A stretch of 64,000 nt of DNA. Source: Phoronis australis. Taxonomy: Eukaryota; Animalia; Phoronida. Location: contig NMRA01000033.1 in NCBI GenBank assembly GCA_002633005.1, positions 1,040,968-1,104,967 of the forward strand, given 5' to 3'. Below, one piece after another: positions 1-14,000 of the stretch; positions within the stretch are counted from its first letter, which is position 1, and the number at the start of each line of letters is the position of its first letter. A program made the position numbers and the translations under genes. The notes beneath the pieces were generated by a model that saw only the letters and a program-made list of their open reading frames with translations, searched no databases and was not told the DNA's origin.

Positions 1-1347
1 ACACTAGCGTTACTGACGAGATTCTCGCCAATACTGTGACTTAATATGCTCTCTGTAACTCCCTTGATGACATAAGAGATAGTGAGATATAAGCTGCTGG
101 CATTTGGTCCGTTTTCAGGCAAAAGTCTACACGTTTGAATTTGAAATCAATGACGTTTAAAATTATGTCAACAAGTTGAAATGCTTGGAAACAACGACTC
201 AATCATTTGCCAAATATAAACAATAATGTTACGCTAAATTTGCTTTAGAAGTGGTCAAATCTTTTACAAATTGATTACCTATAAACAAAACCACGATCAT
301 AATGCTACCATTTTAGTGGAAGGCCAATTTGGCTTGGATGTTTTCACGTTTTTGATTGTCTTACAGCTGTAGCATGTACTTTATTTTGTCTAACACCGAA
401 TGAATTTTATCTGCTAATGTATTTTGCAAGTCATTTTAGAGTCGTTAGCATTTTTTAATGCAGTAAAAAACGAATTCTCAGCAAAACTAGTTTGAGGAAA
501 TGTAAAGCAACCGGCATGTTTTTGGGGGTTATTTTCGAAATGAAAACAAAACTGGTTAAATCGTCTGAGGCAGTAATGAAATTCACATCCTACGACCTGG
601 AAAGAATTCCAGGGAACTTTTTGTTTGTCTAACTTGCATGAAATTGACACGTTTTATTGCCTCTGTATTTTAACATCGGTAGAAAACGCGAAGTTCCACG
701 AAAAGTTTATGTATGCGTGTCGAAACACCTGACTTCGCCCAGCGTGAGAATGTGAAGATTTGTCGTTTGTTTCTCAACTATTACCTGGAAAAACTTATGA
801 AAAGAAAAAGCGGAAAACTTTGACCAGTGACTCGGGAGTAGTTGACACACGCAGTGCATTGTATATTGATCAGTTTCGTAGACTTGCCTTCAAAATCTTA
901 TGAGGCATGCTACGAACCATGTTTTAAGTCAGTATTACAGTGAATAGCTACTTCAAAACCTTTACTTACATGTAGACTTCTGTACTCACACACGCTCCGA
1001 AAATGATTGATAAGTTAAACGCTAAAAGGAAAATCTAGGAATTGTAGGTATGTCGACGAAGGGGATGTGGTAAAACTGGCGACTTGGAGAACAACTAAGC
1101 GAGACGTACAAGTGTCGATCTGTAGAATTAAAGGGGCACAATCGATTTTAGGGCCAAAAAACTCGTTTGGGGGACTTTTGCTGAGTAAAATGGACTTCCT
1201 AGAGTTTTCACCGAAACCGTGAAATAGGAAATTTCGTCCTGAGATAGCTGTTTCCCGACGCTGGCGTCCAACCGGCATTCAGTACAATTAGCTAAAGTTG
1301 AGGCCATTAACTGTACAAGTTAATTGTACTCTCGGCTACTTGTATTT

Positions 1348-1412
1348 TAGCTCTACCGACCTAGTCTGCAGTGACCCCTGGGGAGAGGTCGTGGGTTCGA
1401 AACCTTGGTGGA
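1348..1412 (+). mobile_element. degenerate tRNA-derived SINE-like head
   Basis: A-box-like TAGCTC at 1348 and B-box GGTTCGAAACC at 1394-1404; shares GAGGTCGTGGG(T/A)TCGA with the segment at 54614; no complete cloverleaf. Confidence 0.35.
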
Positions 1413-1860
1413 GTTGTTTTCAAACTCATAAAATTGTCGCGGATAATGTCACTTTAATTGTGCAGTCCATGAAGATGTGGGCGAAAAGTTACAGAGCGTG
1501 GTGACCGGGTCGTGGAGGTGATGTTGACGGTGACGGCGATTGGGTGTGGGGGAAGATGAATGAGCTTACTTTCCTACGTATATGGTAGTAGGAATTGTAA
1601 GCGCGTAAAGCTGTTGACATCGGCTGAGAGCGTGGCGGGCTCCAAGTTGCCAACTACACACATCACAACAAAACGGCACATAGGAACACCCCCGGATAAC
1701 CCAATTTCAGAGCCTACAAACTGTCGCACTATACAAAATACACGTGTTAAATCTTTGTCTCCAGAATCACATGTTTCGATCGTTTTTTTTTGATTTTACA
1801 GACCATGTAAATTCAGTGGAAACTTCAACGTGTAAATAGTGAGCCCGAAGCTTAAGGAAC

Positions 1861-1962
1861 AATTACAGGTATATCAACAGTAAATATTACAGGTATATCA
1901 ACAGCAAATATTACAAGTACATGTATATCAACAGCAAATATTACAGGTATATCAACAGCAAA
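1861..1962. repeat. 24-bp minisatellite, ~4 copies (AAATATTACAGGTATATCAACAGC)
   Basis: direct reading; the third unit carries a 6-bp insertion creating TACATGTA at 1918-1925. Confidence 0.9.
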
Positions 1963-3595
1963 AATAGTCAGTACCCTGCTGCAATTACTAGTTTGTCAGC
2001 CGATGATTGACATTTTCTAAGTTAAGCATCAAGTTTTTTTCAAGTATTTTCGTGCTTCTTGAATGCATGTGGGTTGAAAACAGTAACAGTTAAGCATAAA
2101 GTATAAGGTGACTAATCAAACCGATTTGAATCTGACAAACCTGCTTAAAATCGATATTTTCCTTTGAACTTTCATAAACACGTAGTCCACAATAGCCGTA
2201 GGCAAGTGAGCATGAAAAAGCAGAATTAATGTCCAACACTGCTCCACTGAAGTAGAAGCGTTGACTCGATTTTTGCAGGAAAAATCCGTCAAGTTTGCAA
2301 TTCCATATGTTTACCAGGCGCAGTCTTCACTCCACGAAGACGCGGCGCCAGGATTTAACTGTCCTTCTGCCAGGACGTTGCGGCTATGTTGGTACTTCAA
2401 AGAGACCCAACGTTTGTGAATCAGCCTGCTGTTTCAAACAAGTGTGTTTTGTATGAGGTTACTCTTTAATTACTTTTTGTTGACAGTTTTATGAGATTTC
2501 GGGAAACATGGTGATATAGGACCCCGCGTCTTTGCGAATTCCGTGTTTTGGTATTCGCCAGTCGTGCGTGATATGCGAGGGAGCTCATTACGAACTGGGT
2601 AGATTTCCTGAAGGTAAAAGTGGCCAGAACAATTTTGTTTTTCGTTTCATTCTCACGGCATCTTGAGCTGGAATGGAAACGTTGCGCTGACCAACCGAAA
2701 TGGCATCTTTATCATTTATCAGCAGTACATTAAGCCAGGCGCTTTTTGAATCAAACCAAAGCAGTTGAATCTCAAAGTCCACATCAGGTTTTTCAGGCGA
2801 TTGCATGTGCCCAACGTGTGGAAATGAAATAATTTTCACCTGAATAGCAGCATAGATGCATGTAGCAGGCAACTGAATGGCAGTTTTGACGGTAGTAATA
2901 CAACGAGTTGTCCACGTGCATATCCCCGCGTGATCTCGCGATTTGAAAAAAGAAAAGGAATTGTTAGCCAATCAATATTGGTCTTCATTACATGAATTTA
3001 TAGTTAATTCCCCGCAGTACGTAATTTGAGGTTGTGGCGCGAATAGTTGAACGTATTGTCATCAACACTGTCTTTGGTTCTAACTGTGCGAGGGGGACGA
3101 GATTATTGGTGATGCAAGTGTCATTTATCGTGTCTATCTTATTCAGTTCTCAGATTGCAGGTTTCGTGTAGTTGCTCCATTTTAGAAACCTTGTTTTTGC
3201 TTGTTGTGATTTTAGCGTAGACTCTAGTGTTCAATATTTGGGTGAAATAATCCACCCTGATGAATACGGTATAATACATTTCAAAAGAACGTTATTGGCT
3301 TTGACGTTCGAAAATCTCATTTCTGGATTATTACTGGATGGGGTAGACCATTTGCCCAGAGCTATCAAACGACACAATCCGTTGAGTTTTTGTAATTTTT
3401 TTACGAACTGCCATTTCTCGCAGTGTTCCGCTGTTAGACATTATCAAGGCATTTGTCTTGACCATTTAAATACTCTTAGAATACTGTGCTATGTAACGCG
3501 TTTAATTTAGCTCAGCCGCATAACGATCGACTCAGTCCTACTGATCCCTTTTGTCTGTAAAAGTACTACTCGTCGAGAATGTCTCTTTTAATTGT

Positions 3596-3693
3596 GGTTG
3601 TATAGCACCCTCCCCCGGGCGCATACTGATAGACCCTTGAAACAGGTTGTATAGCATCCTCCCCCGGGTGCACACTGCTACACCTTTGAAACA
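3596..3693. repeat. tandem duplication, 2 x 49 bp
   Basis: GGTTGTATAGCA(C/T)CCTCCCCCGGG... begins at 3596 and again at 3645. Confidence 0.85.
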
Positions 3694-4271
3694 TGTCTCT
3701 AGCTCCTCATCCCGGTTTTAACTATATTACTAAAGCATAAAAATGGTTTTAGAAGGTCAGTGCAATGCCGGGGTCGACCTTAAAGGCCTGAACACATCTG
3801 ATACAACGTGTGCCAGACCGCCTGCAACTACAAAATTACGCCTATATATGTAGGACCCTATAAAATAGCCAAATTTAGCTGAACTCGGAACATCGTGAGC
3901 GGATTCATGCATGTATGAAACCTTCACAAACCTTGCTTTATGCACTGTTCGCAAAAACGCTTTTCGGTATTGTTATTAAAATGTTCCACTTTTGCTTGAG
4001 GGGCTATCGCAAATAGGACTTTCAATCTTTTAAATTGCATAGTATAACGAAAACGAATTCAAATTTAAGAAAACTCTGACAGCGTTTTTGATATCTCACC
4101 TTGATCAGTCATATCAAATAAAATTTGATCATGTTATTATTACCGTTGTTTATCTATCTATGTATCTTTCTCTTTTACTAAATTTTACTGAAAAGACATG
4201 ATCACGTGACCCAGTCAATACCAGATTAATAAAAAGTCAAAAATCAAATTCCACAGGCTTTGTACTTTAAG

Positions 4272-4483
4272 AAAATGAACACTTTTACCGAGTTAAAATG
4301 AACACTTTTACCGAGTTAAAATGAACACTTTTACCGAGTTAAAATGAACACTTTTACCGAGTTAAAATGAACACTTTTACCGAGTTAAAATGAACATTTT
4401 TACCGAGTTAAAATGAACACTTTTACCGAGTTAAAAGGAACACTTTTACCGAGTTAAAATGAACACTTTTACCGAGTTAAAAT
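4272..4483. repeat. 23-bp minisatellite, 9.2 near-identical copies (AAAATGAACACTTTTACCGAGTT)
   Basis: direct reading; units abut with no spacers. Confidence 0.95.
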
Positions 4484-6671
4484 CTATAGCTTACCTAGAT
4501 ATTTTGCTAAATGCACAGACAGGTCCTACGTAAACGATATTGATTAATTCCATACTATAAATTGTTGCAATTTCCAATGGAACCGCAATTTTGACGTCAC
4601 AGTGGAAAGTCGGTCTTTTCATTAACTTTATTAGTACTAAATGCGTTTAGGTTGATTGATTAAGGAAGGAGTATTTAGAAAATATCTGGCTAAAGGTGAC
4701 CGAAAATCCAAAAAGAAACTGTGCGAGAACACGCGCACTAGATACATGCATGTGTCATGTATGTTAATGACCAACTAGTCAGTTGCCGATTCACTCAGTG
4801 ATTCTACATGATTCCACAATTGGCGAATTTGTACCGGTTCTACGTTTCATTTTCTATGAAATGTCACTGATACGAATGTAGAATATTATCAAAAATGGAA
4901 AACATCTATGGTAGGAAAAGCATTTTTTTAGGTTGCCATTAACTTCTATCGATGCATTCCTGAAAGCAGTTCATTACGTATACTCAAAGAAAAATAGTAA
5001 CTTTGGCTAAAACATCGCCAGCTTAATCCAAACCCTCGTCACATTTCAATCGCAAGCAGCGAAACGAACTCCTATATTGATCGTTAACGTTTAGATTAAA
5101 AATCAGTATCGAAGACAACGTCAGTTACAAATATAATAACAATAATTTGTAAATACATGGTACAGTCATTTTATGTCGAAATGGATGACTCTTACCATCT
5201 CCAAATTGTCTGTTTATTAACATTGTTCCTGGTCACCTGACTTTGCAAAAATGTATGCATGTATCAACTCACAATACCAACATGTCTCATGGAAGCAAAA
5301 AGGTTCAACCAAAATGAAATCGTCCCAAAGTTCACATCGCTGACCTCTAGTTTGGCAAAAATATATGGCACTTGTCTTTGAGATAAACAGCATTTGACCC
5401 TTAATGATTTTTAAGTTTGGCGCCGGGTCACAAACGTCACAAAGGGGACCATGTTGGTGCAAAATTTGAAAGTTTATATTTCAGTCTCAACTCATGGAAA
5501 TGACTGACTTTCACCTGCTTTACTGTAATTTAATATTTTCATTACTTGATGGCGGCCATTAATATGAAAGCAAAGTTAACCATAGCAAAAGACTGTACAT
5601 GTATGTTGTGCCGCCGTGAATCACATGTAGGTAAAACAACGTTTAACATGCATGCGATATCACTGAGTGACAGAGTCGCTAAGGTTACTACTGCAAAATT
5701 AAGGTGACGCCCACCATTCTTACGTAGCTATTCATAAACGGTTAACCCAATTTAAACACTACCGATGTCACCAAAAAACGTTATTCGTCAAAGCTTAACT
5801 GAACCTGCCGTAACGCTACAATGTATGTTGACTAAACTGAAGTGTCGTAAATTGGCGTCCTTGCAATGCATGGGCGTTCGCAAGACTTGCAGCTACGGGG
5901 CCCATTGCCATCGGCGACAGTAATTATTTTACACACAAACTGACAGAACTGCAATTGTACAATTTCCTGCCACTATTCTATATCTAAGACTAACTATTCG
6001 TACCTTGTTGCAGAAGTTCAAAAAACTTTGGTAGTTTTTTTGGAAAATTCTTAATACAGTGTAGCGACATGATGAATTGGATCTTTTGTAATATTCGTGT
6101 CTAAGAGAATGTCAGATTCCACCTCATCGCTGCCATGTGTGTGCGAAGCAAGTGCAGAGTTACCGTAACCCTTCCTTCAGTATCAAGGTCCCCGTGTCCG
6201 GCGATGTGGCATCTGTTAGAATTAAACTTCAATCCTGCACGATAGAATTGCATTAGACGCTCCGTTGAAAATTGACGGAACGTTCGCTGCACCAGGGCTT
6301 GAAAGACGTTCATGCAATCAATGCCATACGAAACCATCATCAATAAATAACAAACAGTTCAGTGACAGCAAAAACACTGCATTTGCTTAAATCAACAGAC
6401 ATTGGGTGTAACGGATTGATTTAATATCGTATCAAGTAACCCGAACACGTTTTATCTTCGGATTAGCGACGCTATATTATTCACAAGAACCCACTGTAAT
6501 GAGACGGGTAATGAAAGCTGTCATCGCTTTCTCCAAGACGCTAGGGGGAATAATTCTACTAGGATCGACTAACTAAGGACATCTAGATATACAGAAAGGT
6601 CGTAAATAACACCACAGTTAGGTGCTTGAGAAATCGGAGCAAAACTTCTGATTTCAACGTTTCCACGTTTC

Positions 6672-6949
6672 TGTTGAATGCGAGGCTAGCTGTATTGAAT
6701 GGGAGGGTAGCTGTGTTGAATGGGAGGCTAGCTGTGTTGAATGGGAGGCGAACTGTGTTGAATGGGAGGCTAGCTGTGTTGCATGGGAGGCTAGCTGTGT
6801 TGAATTGTAGGCTGGCTGTGTTTAATGGGAAGCTGGCTGTGTTTAATGGGGTGCTAGCTGTGTTGAATGCGAGGCTAGCTGTATTGAATGGGAGGCTAGC
6901 GGTGTTGAATGGGAGGCTAGCTGTGTTGAATGGGAGGCTAGCTGTGTTG
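6672..6949. repeat. 21-bp minisatellite, ~13 copies (TGTTGAATGGGAGGCTAGCTG)
   Basis: direct reading; produces the spurious AVLNGRL-repeat ORF 6626-6964. Confidence 0.95.
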
Positions 6950-9900
6950 CCGTCTGGTTACTGATAATTCCATACGCTAAGTCTGTTTTAACAAACTAGT
7001 CGAACTTATCGGAATAATTTTTGCTGGTATCTGCATCAATGTAGGAGTTGATGATAAGGAAGTCGACTACGTTACGTATACTAAGAAAGCTGACATGCAT
7101 TTAGAAAAACTGTAATTAACCCACTTTTCGGATAATTACACACATGCACGGCATATGCATATACTGCAAAATTGGGCGCTTACGAAAATAACCAGTAATA
7201 CAATATGACTTTAATCAATTAATGCTAAATTGTCTTATACAGGACACAATTATTCACACATGACGTTTTGATTCCATGCTGTGATATGGTAGTTATAAGC
7301 AAAAACAAAACATAGCTCATGCGTTTGTACAATGGGACTGGTCGCCTCATTCTGCCAATTTCTTTCTGATGAGTTCATTTTTTTAAAAAATACATCTGAA
7401 AACATGTAATTGTTATCGCAGTTTGATGTTACAGGTGGCTAGTGAAAAGATGTTGGATACAAAAATTGTACCGAGACTTGCCAAAAGTACACCCTGTCTT
7501 ATCTTTCACCCTAACCCCTTTAGAAGACGGAAACTTGTCATTTAAAACCACAATGTTTCCTTGTTCACCGTGAAGGGTCGCTTTACAAGTAGGATTAGGC
7601 TCACCAGATTTTATGCACTTTCAGAGATGACACCCATGAAACGAGCATGTTGTTTGTGTGATGTCTATTTTATATACGATTTAGTACTTTGTGCTAAGAT
7701 TCAGTTATTAACATGTTGGCGTCCCCAATCTAACTGACGTCGACTATCTTTACGTTTTTAGCATATTTAATCGTATTTTCTCTAACTATATGTTACGTTC
7801 CGAAACGATTACATCGAATCCATTAAGAGTAGATTTATTAGGCATATTGTACAAGAACGTTCTACTCCTTGATGACGTTGTTATCACAGCGTACTGTGGG
7901 TAAATAAAGACGATTTGAAGGCATAACATCTCCCAGAAATTTCAACATGATGAATTCCAGTCATTACGGTAATAACGAAGAATCATACAACACAATGGCT
8001 CCATATGAGAAAAAAATTTGACGATGGCCATAATGATGATCATGTTGACAACGAAAACAATGACTAGAGCAGTAATGATAACAGTAACAATCATTATGAT
8101 AAAAAACTATGCGATCATCTGCTCGCTCTCCAATCTTAAGTGGAACGTAATAGTGTGTGTGGTCCACATCCTACAAACAAACAACAGTATAACGCTTAAA
8201 AGACTTGAACATCGTTGATTCAAGAAAGATTTCATTAGGCATCTCCTCATTGTTATGAGCGACGACGAATGTCCGTACCACCTCAGATCGTTGTCCATTT
8301 GCGACTGCGTGGTGTTTACTGCTAATTCACTTCCGGTAGTAAAACATCCACAACTTTGTTTAGTAGGCAATTAAAATTAATTGGTAGTAATTAGAAGAGT
8401 ATGGAGAGGTCATCGCGTATTAGTCCAGTCTTTAATGAGTGACGTTAGACAGGGGAACCGACAAACCATTTGCCCTGACGCAGAGAATATCCTGTGTGAA
8501 GGCCTTATTGCGCATGCCTTAGGTTGACTATTGGACGCAATCAAAGCCGGGAAGTTTATAACAGTTTATTCTTCAAGCTTACAAAGACCATTCACACGGT
8601 GCATTTATCCTGAGTCTTATTATCAAGTACACGATGTAAAAAGTGAATCAAAAATTAGTCGGCTAAAATAAAATTTAGTGGACTTCAATGAGGATTAGTG
8701 CGATCCCTAACATGCCTTACGGTTAGCTATATTTTTTTCAAAAAATTCGAAAAAATATTCGAATTGAAATGTAATCTCTTGTACATGTATGTGATAAACA
8801 ATTGGGTGCGAAGTTTTCTTTTTAAAGGGATTTCATCAATAACTGTCCCTTTTAAATGGGGTTCAGAGTCAATCTTTGCTGAAAGCAAGCTCTCAATATC
8901 GTTCCACAGAAAACGTGTTACGCAATATTCTACCAACAAGTGTTCGTTTTTAAGTCTAGCATTGCTTACAAAACACATGGGAATCAGAGTCAACACACTT
9001 ACTTAATTAGTAGGAAGGACTCTATGCAGTAGTTTGTACTGAGCATGGCATATTTCGTATAGCTTACGCCTGAAAAAAGAAATTTAATAATACTTTCCCA
9101 AAGGCAAGGGTCAATAATTCATGCTAAATCGTCAAACTGTTTCTGAACAGTCGACTTTAATTAATTTTTACTTAATGTATTATTGAAATAACATCCACGC
9201 TTGTCAACCAAAAGAGTGGACAATAGTGACGAAAAGAAAATTGATGGGACATTTTTAACGCGCACAAGCTTGTACATGTATGATAAAACTTTGCAAAGAA
9301 AGGTTTTTATTACTGAATTGACGAAGGTACCGCAAATATTCGTTCTTAAATATCTTCACAAATTCGACCGTGCACCATGTGTAAGAAAATTAAAAATAAT
9401 GCTATATTGTTGAAAAGGTTGTAAAATATTGTATCACTTACACATAAACAGTTGCTCACGTAAGAATCATGTCGCTGCGTCAAGTATTTTTAGCGGCAAT
9501 TCTTTATTCGCGTGTATCAGTTGCACCACAATGTATGCCAATAAAAGATGACCATTGCTTTAAACATTCACGACAAACTTTAATGTCGTTTCGATTTTGT
9601 CTTGGCAAATCAATCGAGTGATAAAACAATCTATTTTTGCCAAGAAAAATACCCGCACTTTGTTATTTCATTCTACAGAATCAAACTCTCCTTTTTAGTT
9701 TGGATCCTGAACTAAAATTTCTGCTGTTCCACGAACGATTAAGAGAAACTTTTCAATGCTTTTCATAATACGCCTTGGTTAACCTTGCCTGGTTTGTTAT
9801 TCCAAATAAATTTGGCAAAAAACTGTGTATTTCATTTTAAAAATATAGAGACGTATTAGGTATGGAGATACAGTGACCGTAAGGTGCTTTTCTGTTACAC

Positions 9901-10200
9901 GATCTTAAGCCGCGCGATCACGGACATTACTATCCTGCAGTAATATAAAATGTTAATTATATCACTTTTTGGTCACAGTAAGAACGGCAACAGCATGTGA
10001 CCTGACACATGTTGTCTTATCGTATATAATTATCCTGATGATGTCTTATGAATAGACGAAACGTTGAATGAACATAAACTTTTTTATTTGTGCGGCGATT
10101 GTCCGTTTTTTAATTTGATATGGCCCCGTAAACACCAAAATTTCCTCACAGGTTTTTACTCTAAACTGTACTCACTCAAATATTAATAGTCTCGAAAAAT

Positions 10201-11067
10201 GGCGATCACCAAACATTACTCAAGTGATCTAAATGTCTGTCAGAGGCTCCATCTCCCTCCTTGAAACCCAAAACTATAGTGAGTAAATCGAGCGCCACAC
10301 GTGCGAATGCGAGCATCAAGGGCTTAGCGTTTTCCAGGAAAAAATAAAATAACATGCTCTGGGATATTTTTAATCCTTGCTCTTGTTTCTATAAACGTTT
10401 GTAAGACTACATCGGGAAGTTACATTTTATAAATATTTTGGAAGGACTGTATAAAATATCTACAGTGCGGGAGATCTCCCGCCGACGGTAGGAGAGTTGG
10501 ACCCAGTGAGTACTCAGACTCGAGAAACATTCATAGGTGTAATAAAACAGGAAAAATAAATAGCCAATTTTTAAACCTAGCGTCTTCTACAACCCAAATG
10601 AATTTGAAGTTTTCCACTTCAAGGAGGTATGAAAAAGATCTCTGTCGTCTGTATATTGTTCGAATGAAACGTTCAGGGTACGTATTTTGTGAATGGATTT
10701 CACCTTTTTTACACTGTTTCAAATTTTAGGAAATATACTTCCAGTGTATAATAAGGTATAGAATTTTGAACTTGAGGACTCAAATAAATTGCACTTCATA
10801 TTGAGTACTTTTTCAAGGATGCTTACTAACAATCTGGCAGGTTTTGGGTAATTTTCCCACCAATGGCAGTCACTCGAGTACTCCAAGAATTATTGGTGGT
10901 ACCACTTTCAGGAATACAACCTGGGCAACTGAGTGTTACTCAACATTTCAAATACCTTTGGTGGAGTACATTTTGGTGGTCTTCAAAACATGAAAAATTA
11001 AGTTACTCGGTCGGAGTATTTTATAAATTTTCGGGTAATAAACTAGTTAAAGGTTTGGTGGTTCGTG
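10201..11067. mobile_element. possible decayed non-autonomous DNA transposon (CACTA/EnSpm-like)
   Basis: imperfect inverted ends CGATCACCAAAC (10203) and GTTTGGTGGTTCGTG (11053-11067); interior rich in GAGT/ACTC motifs; no TSD resolved. Confidence 0.3.
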
Positions 11068-14000
11068 ATCAGTTGATGCTGCACATGCAAGTCCACATCA
11101 CGGTGGACGGAAGGTTTTCAACATACCAGTGAAAAATCGAAACGATGTATGAAATGTCATGACGTCAATTTCGTTCCGCCATTGAAAAGTCTCAGTGCAC
11201 TTTTGCCAGCGTTACTTCCTCGGCGAGAGTGAAAACTTTGCCACACTGATGACGTATGCCGGAAGTAAACACTGACATCAAAGGAGAACCAAATGACCTA
11301 TAGAAGAATTAATATTGGTAATTTAAGAAAAGGAAGCTCAATCAAATGGCAATTTAATTTCTGTTACACCGCATGGCACCCCTAGTAAATTCGTTGGGCG
11401 CTTGGGGAATTCAAATAAGTGGAGACGCTTTGCGTCATTGTTCAATGAAAAAAACGTAGATTATCGGTCCACCAGGCTGTTCGATCCGATGTTTCGATTT
11501 TGAATCCATTACTAACTCCACTTTACAACGGCAAACATGTTCCACATCTAACACGACCACTTTCACAGGAATGAAGCCCTCTAGCTTAGCAGAGTACCCT
11601 ACATGTACATGTAAGCAGGCCTTTAATATTTTTCTAAGGTTAACGGAAAAAATAGCCCTTTATTTTTTTGGCAACATGCTATCATTTTCGGAGTATACTG
11701 TAAAATTCAGATTTTGCGGACCACACTATTAATATGAGCCAGTCAGTTAGCCAATTTAATCACTGTTCAATCTAAACAAAATCCTTAGCGGCCTCAGCTA
11801 ATTCCTTGTCATAGTCGGGTAAGACATAACCAAGAGTTAGATTCTGGTTACGTAATAATTAAATAAACTGATCTTTCATTTGCATTTGTAAACACTCCAG
11901 ATAACTTATAGACGTCGCTATGTTTACTGTATGGGCGAGATTACGTTGCGTGAATCTCACTCAGTCACGAACAAGCCAAAATTCACGCTAGCTCTCGAAC
12001 TCAGGAAATATAAACTCGTTAAGTTATACTACATGTGTATAATTATGGTTCGATTATAATTTGAGGAAGAGGCATCGAATGAATATTATAGGCGCGGAGT
12101 AATAAGAAAATTGAATCCTAATCACTATGCAGAATAGACGATGGAGTTCTTCATTACGGAGTGGTTTTCTTGGCCTTGAATTCAGTGAAGTTATTGATAA
12201 CCGAAATCTATGTGACGTTCACTTTGAAAACACTTACTATCGCGGTACACGCTTCTGTGCTGTACTGCGGCAATACAAAACCAAATTTACCACTGTGGAC
12301 CCAAAATGAAAAAAATATTTTGAAATGCAAGTTTTCAAATGCATTGCGTATGCAAATTATTTTTAACATGAGGTTCTATCATTTTGATGGAATAACCATT
12401 CAGAAATGTGTAATATTGGTTATGAACCCCAACAACGGCTTTTCAGATACCCTTAGCGTTTACTCGGCGGACTATGCCAGTGGTTCGAGGCGTTATCTCA
12501 TAAATATCGGAACATCATCGAAAGTTAGCACTAAGTCCTACCATCTTTGAAACTTTCCGGTACACTTCTTTAAAATACATGGATGGTCATTGTTGTTTCC
12601 GTGACAAAACGTTGTTAAAGAAATCATCGTCAAAGCAAGAACAAGTTATCAGATAGAGACAGGCACGGCTATTACTTGTTTATCATTTCACACTCATCTG
12701 ACAATTTACACTGGTTTTGATTCTCTAGGGTTTTCCGTGTAGACTGGGACGCATGCAACAGCCACAGCGTGGAGCAAGAGAATCAGCCCACGGTCTCGTG
12801 CGATACTAAAATGGAACTCACCTTGACTTCCTAAGCCCAATTGCCGGTAGGCCAACCTGGAAGAGCTTTGACAGGGTTTGAATTTCCCAACGTTTATGTA
12901 CAGAGAACTCAGATAATGTTTTACAACTACTACATCGCATTCAAGCGGTATCCCACATGAGACTAGCTGGTTGTAACCTTGACCAAATGTCTTTGACTCA
13001 CACCAATAACTGAAACACCATAAATCAAGCAACGGACGACGAGAAACGGCGATATCAAATAAAGTTCATAATCAGACTATATGTTGTGATAAATCCAGAT
13101 TGCCGAAATCCTTTCGTAGCCATAATCGGTACTTGTATTTTTGGATTACGTTACAGTCTATTCGAAGACTAAGTCCAATTCACGAACGTGTAGTTGACAA
13201 TCAAACTTGTGCTGATCGAGACGTTTTGATATCAACTAGCCAATAAATCTTCTCAAAATGGTATGAACAATCCAAGTCACACTGCCACCATAAAAGCCTT
13301 GACTAATCCGGAGGGTTACTACTTTTATGCGTTATCTGCGGGGATGCACATTCGCTATCGCAATTAGAAGATGTTGATTCGGCAAGCATTAACTATGAGG
13401 GTCGATTTTACTGGATTCTAACTTCATTCTGATTCCGCCGTATTTGAGAGATCACTTTAATTAAACTATATTCCCCAAATACATGTAGGCCTATGTACAG
13501 ATGGGTTTTACAGGTTTTCAAATAACTGAACATGTTGGCCACGTTAGCTTGTCAAGCATGTGCATCTCTTAGATTCGAAAATTACTCCACGGTTCGTTTT
13601 CCCTGTTACACTTGACTTCGTATTGGGCAGTGACCCCCCGGATTGTACCTCACTCAACCAGATAGGGGTCCACAGTTCCCTCGCCTGTTTGTTTACCCTT
13701 CATGCAGTCGTATTACGTCGATATCTATTTGGAGTTATTCAGCGTCTTTATGGTGGAGATTGTGGTCACGATAATATGGTCACGGTCATCAAGTTTAATG
13801 TGTATTGGTAGAAATTGTTCCGGAAATGTTGGATATTCCACCAACAACTTCCCTATAAAGTTGGACATTCCGACGCCTTTTCGGGTGGCTGTTTGTTATT
13901 CATTATCAAATTGTACGCAAGTATAATTGCAAGAGGCCACCATCGTTGCTTTATCAGTTTGCATTCAAGCTTTCATTCAAACTTCTTCGTAATTGTCGAA

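Noticed and set aside
1-20. CTAGCGTTACTGA at the window start as a fifth CNG-MITE end
   Set aside because: Only 13 bp match and the sequence diverges immediately; cannot be judged without upstream DNA.
1348-1412. tRNA gene
   Set aside because: Only A/B-box remnants; acceptor and anticodon stems cannot be formed.
2160-3510. ORFs 2588-2971 and 3172-3510
   Set aside because: Non-ATG starts, no domain recognised and no consistent splice signals.
6626-6964. 112-aa ORF of AVLNGRL heptads
   Set aside because: By-product of a 21-bp tandem repeat; non-ATG start and no supporting gene structure.
10467-10482. perfect 16-bp palindrome GCGGGAGATCTCCCGC (and ACATGCACGTGCATGT at 20630-20645)
   Set aside because: One or two such palindromes are expected by chance in 64 kb; no supporting context.
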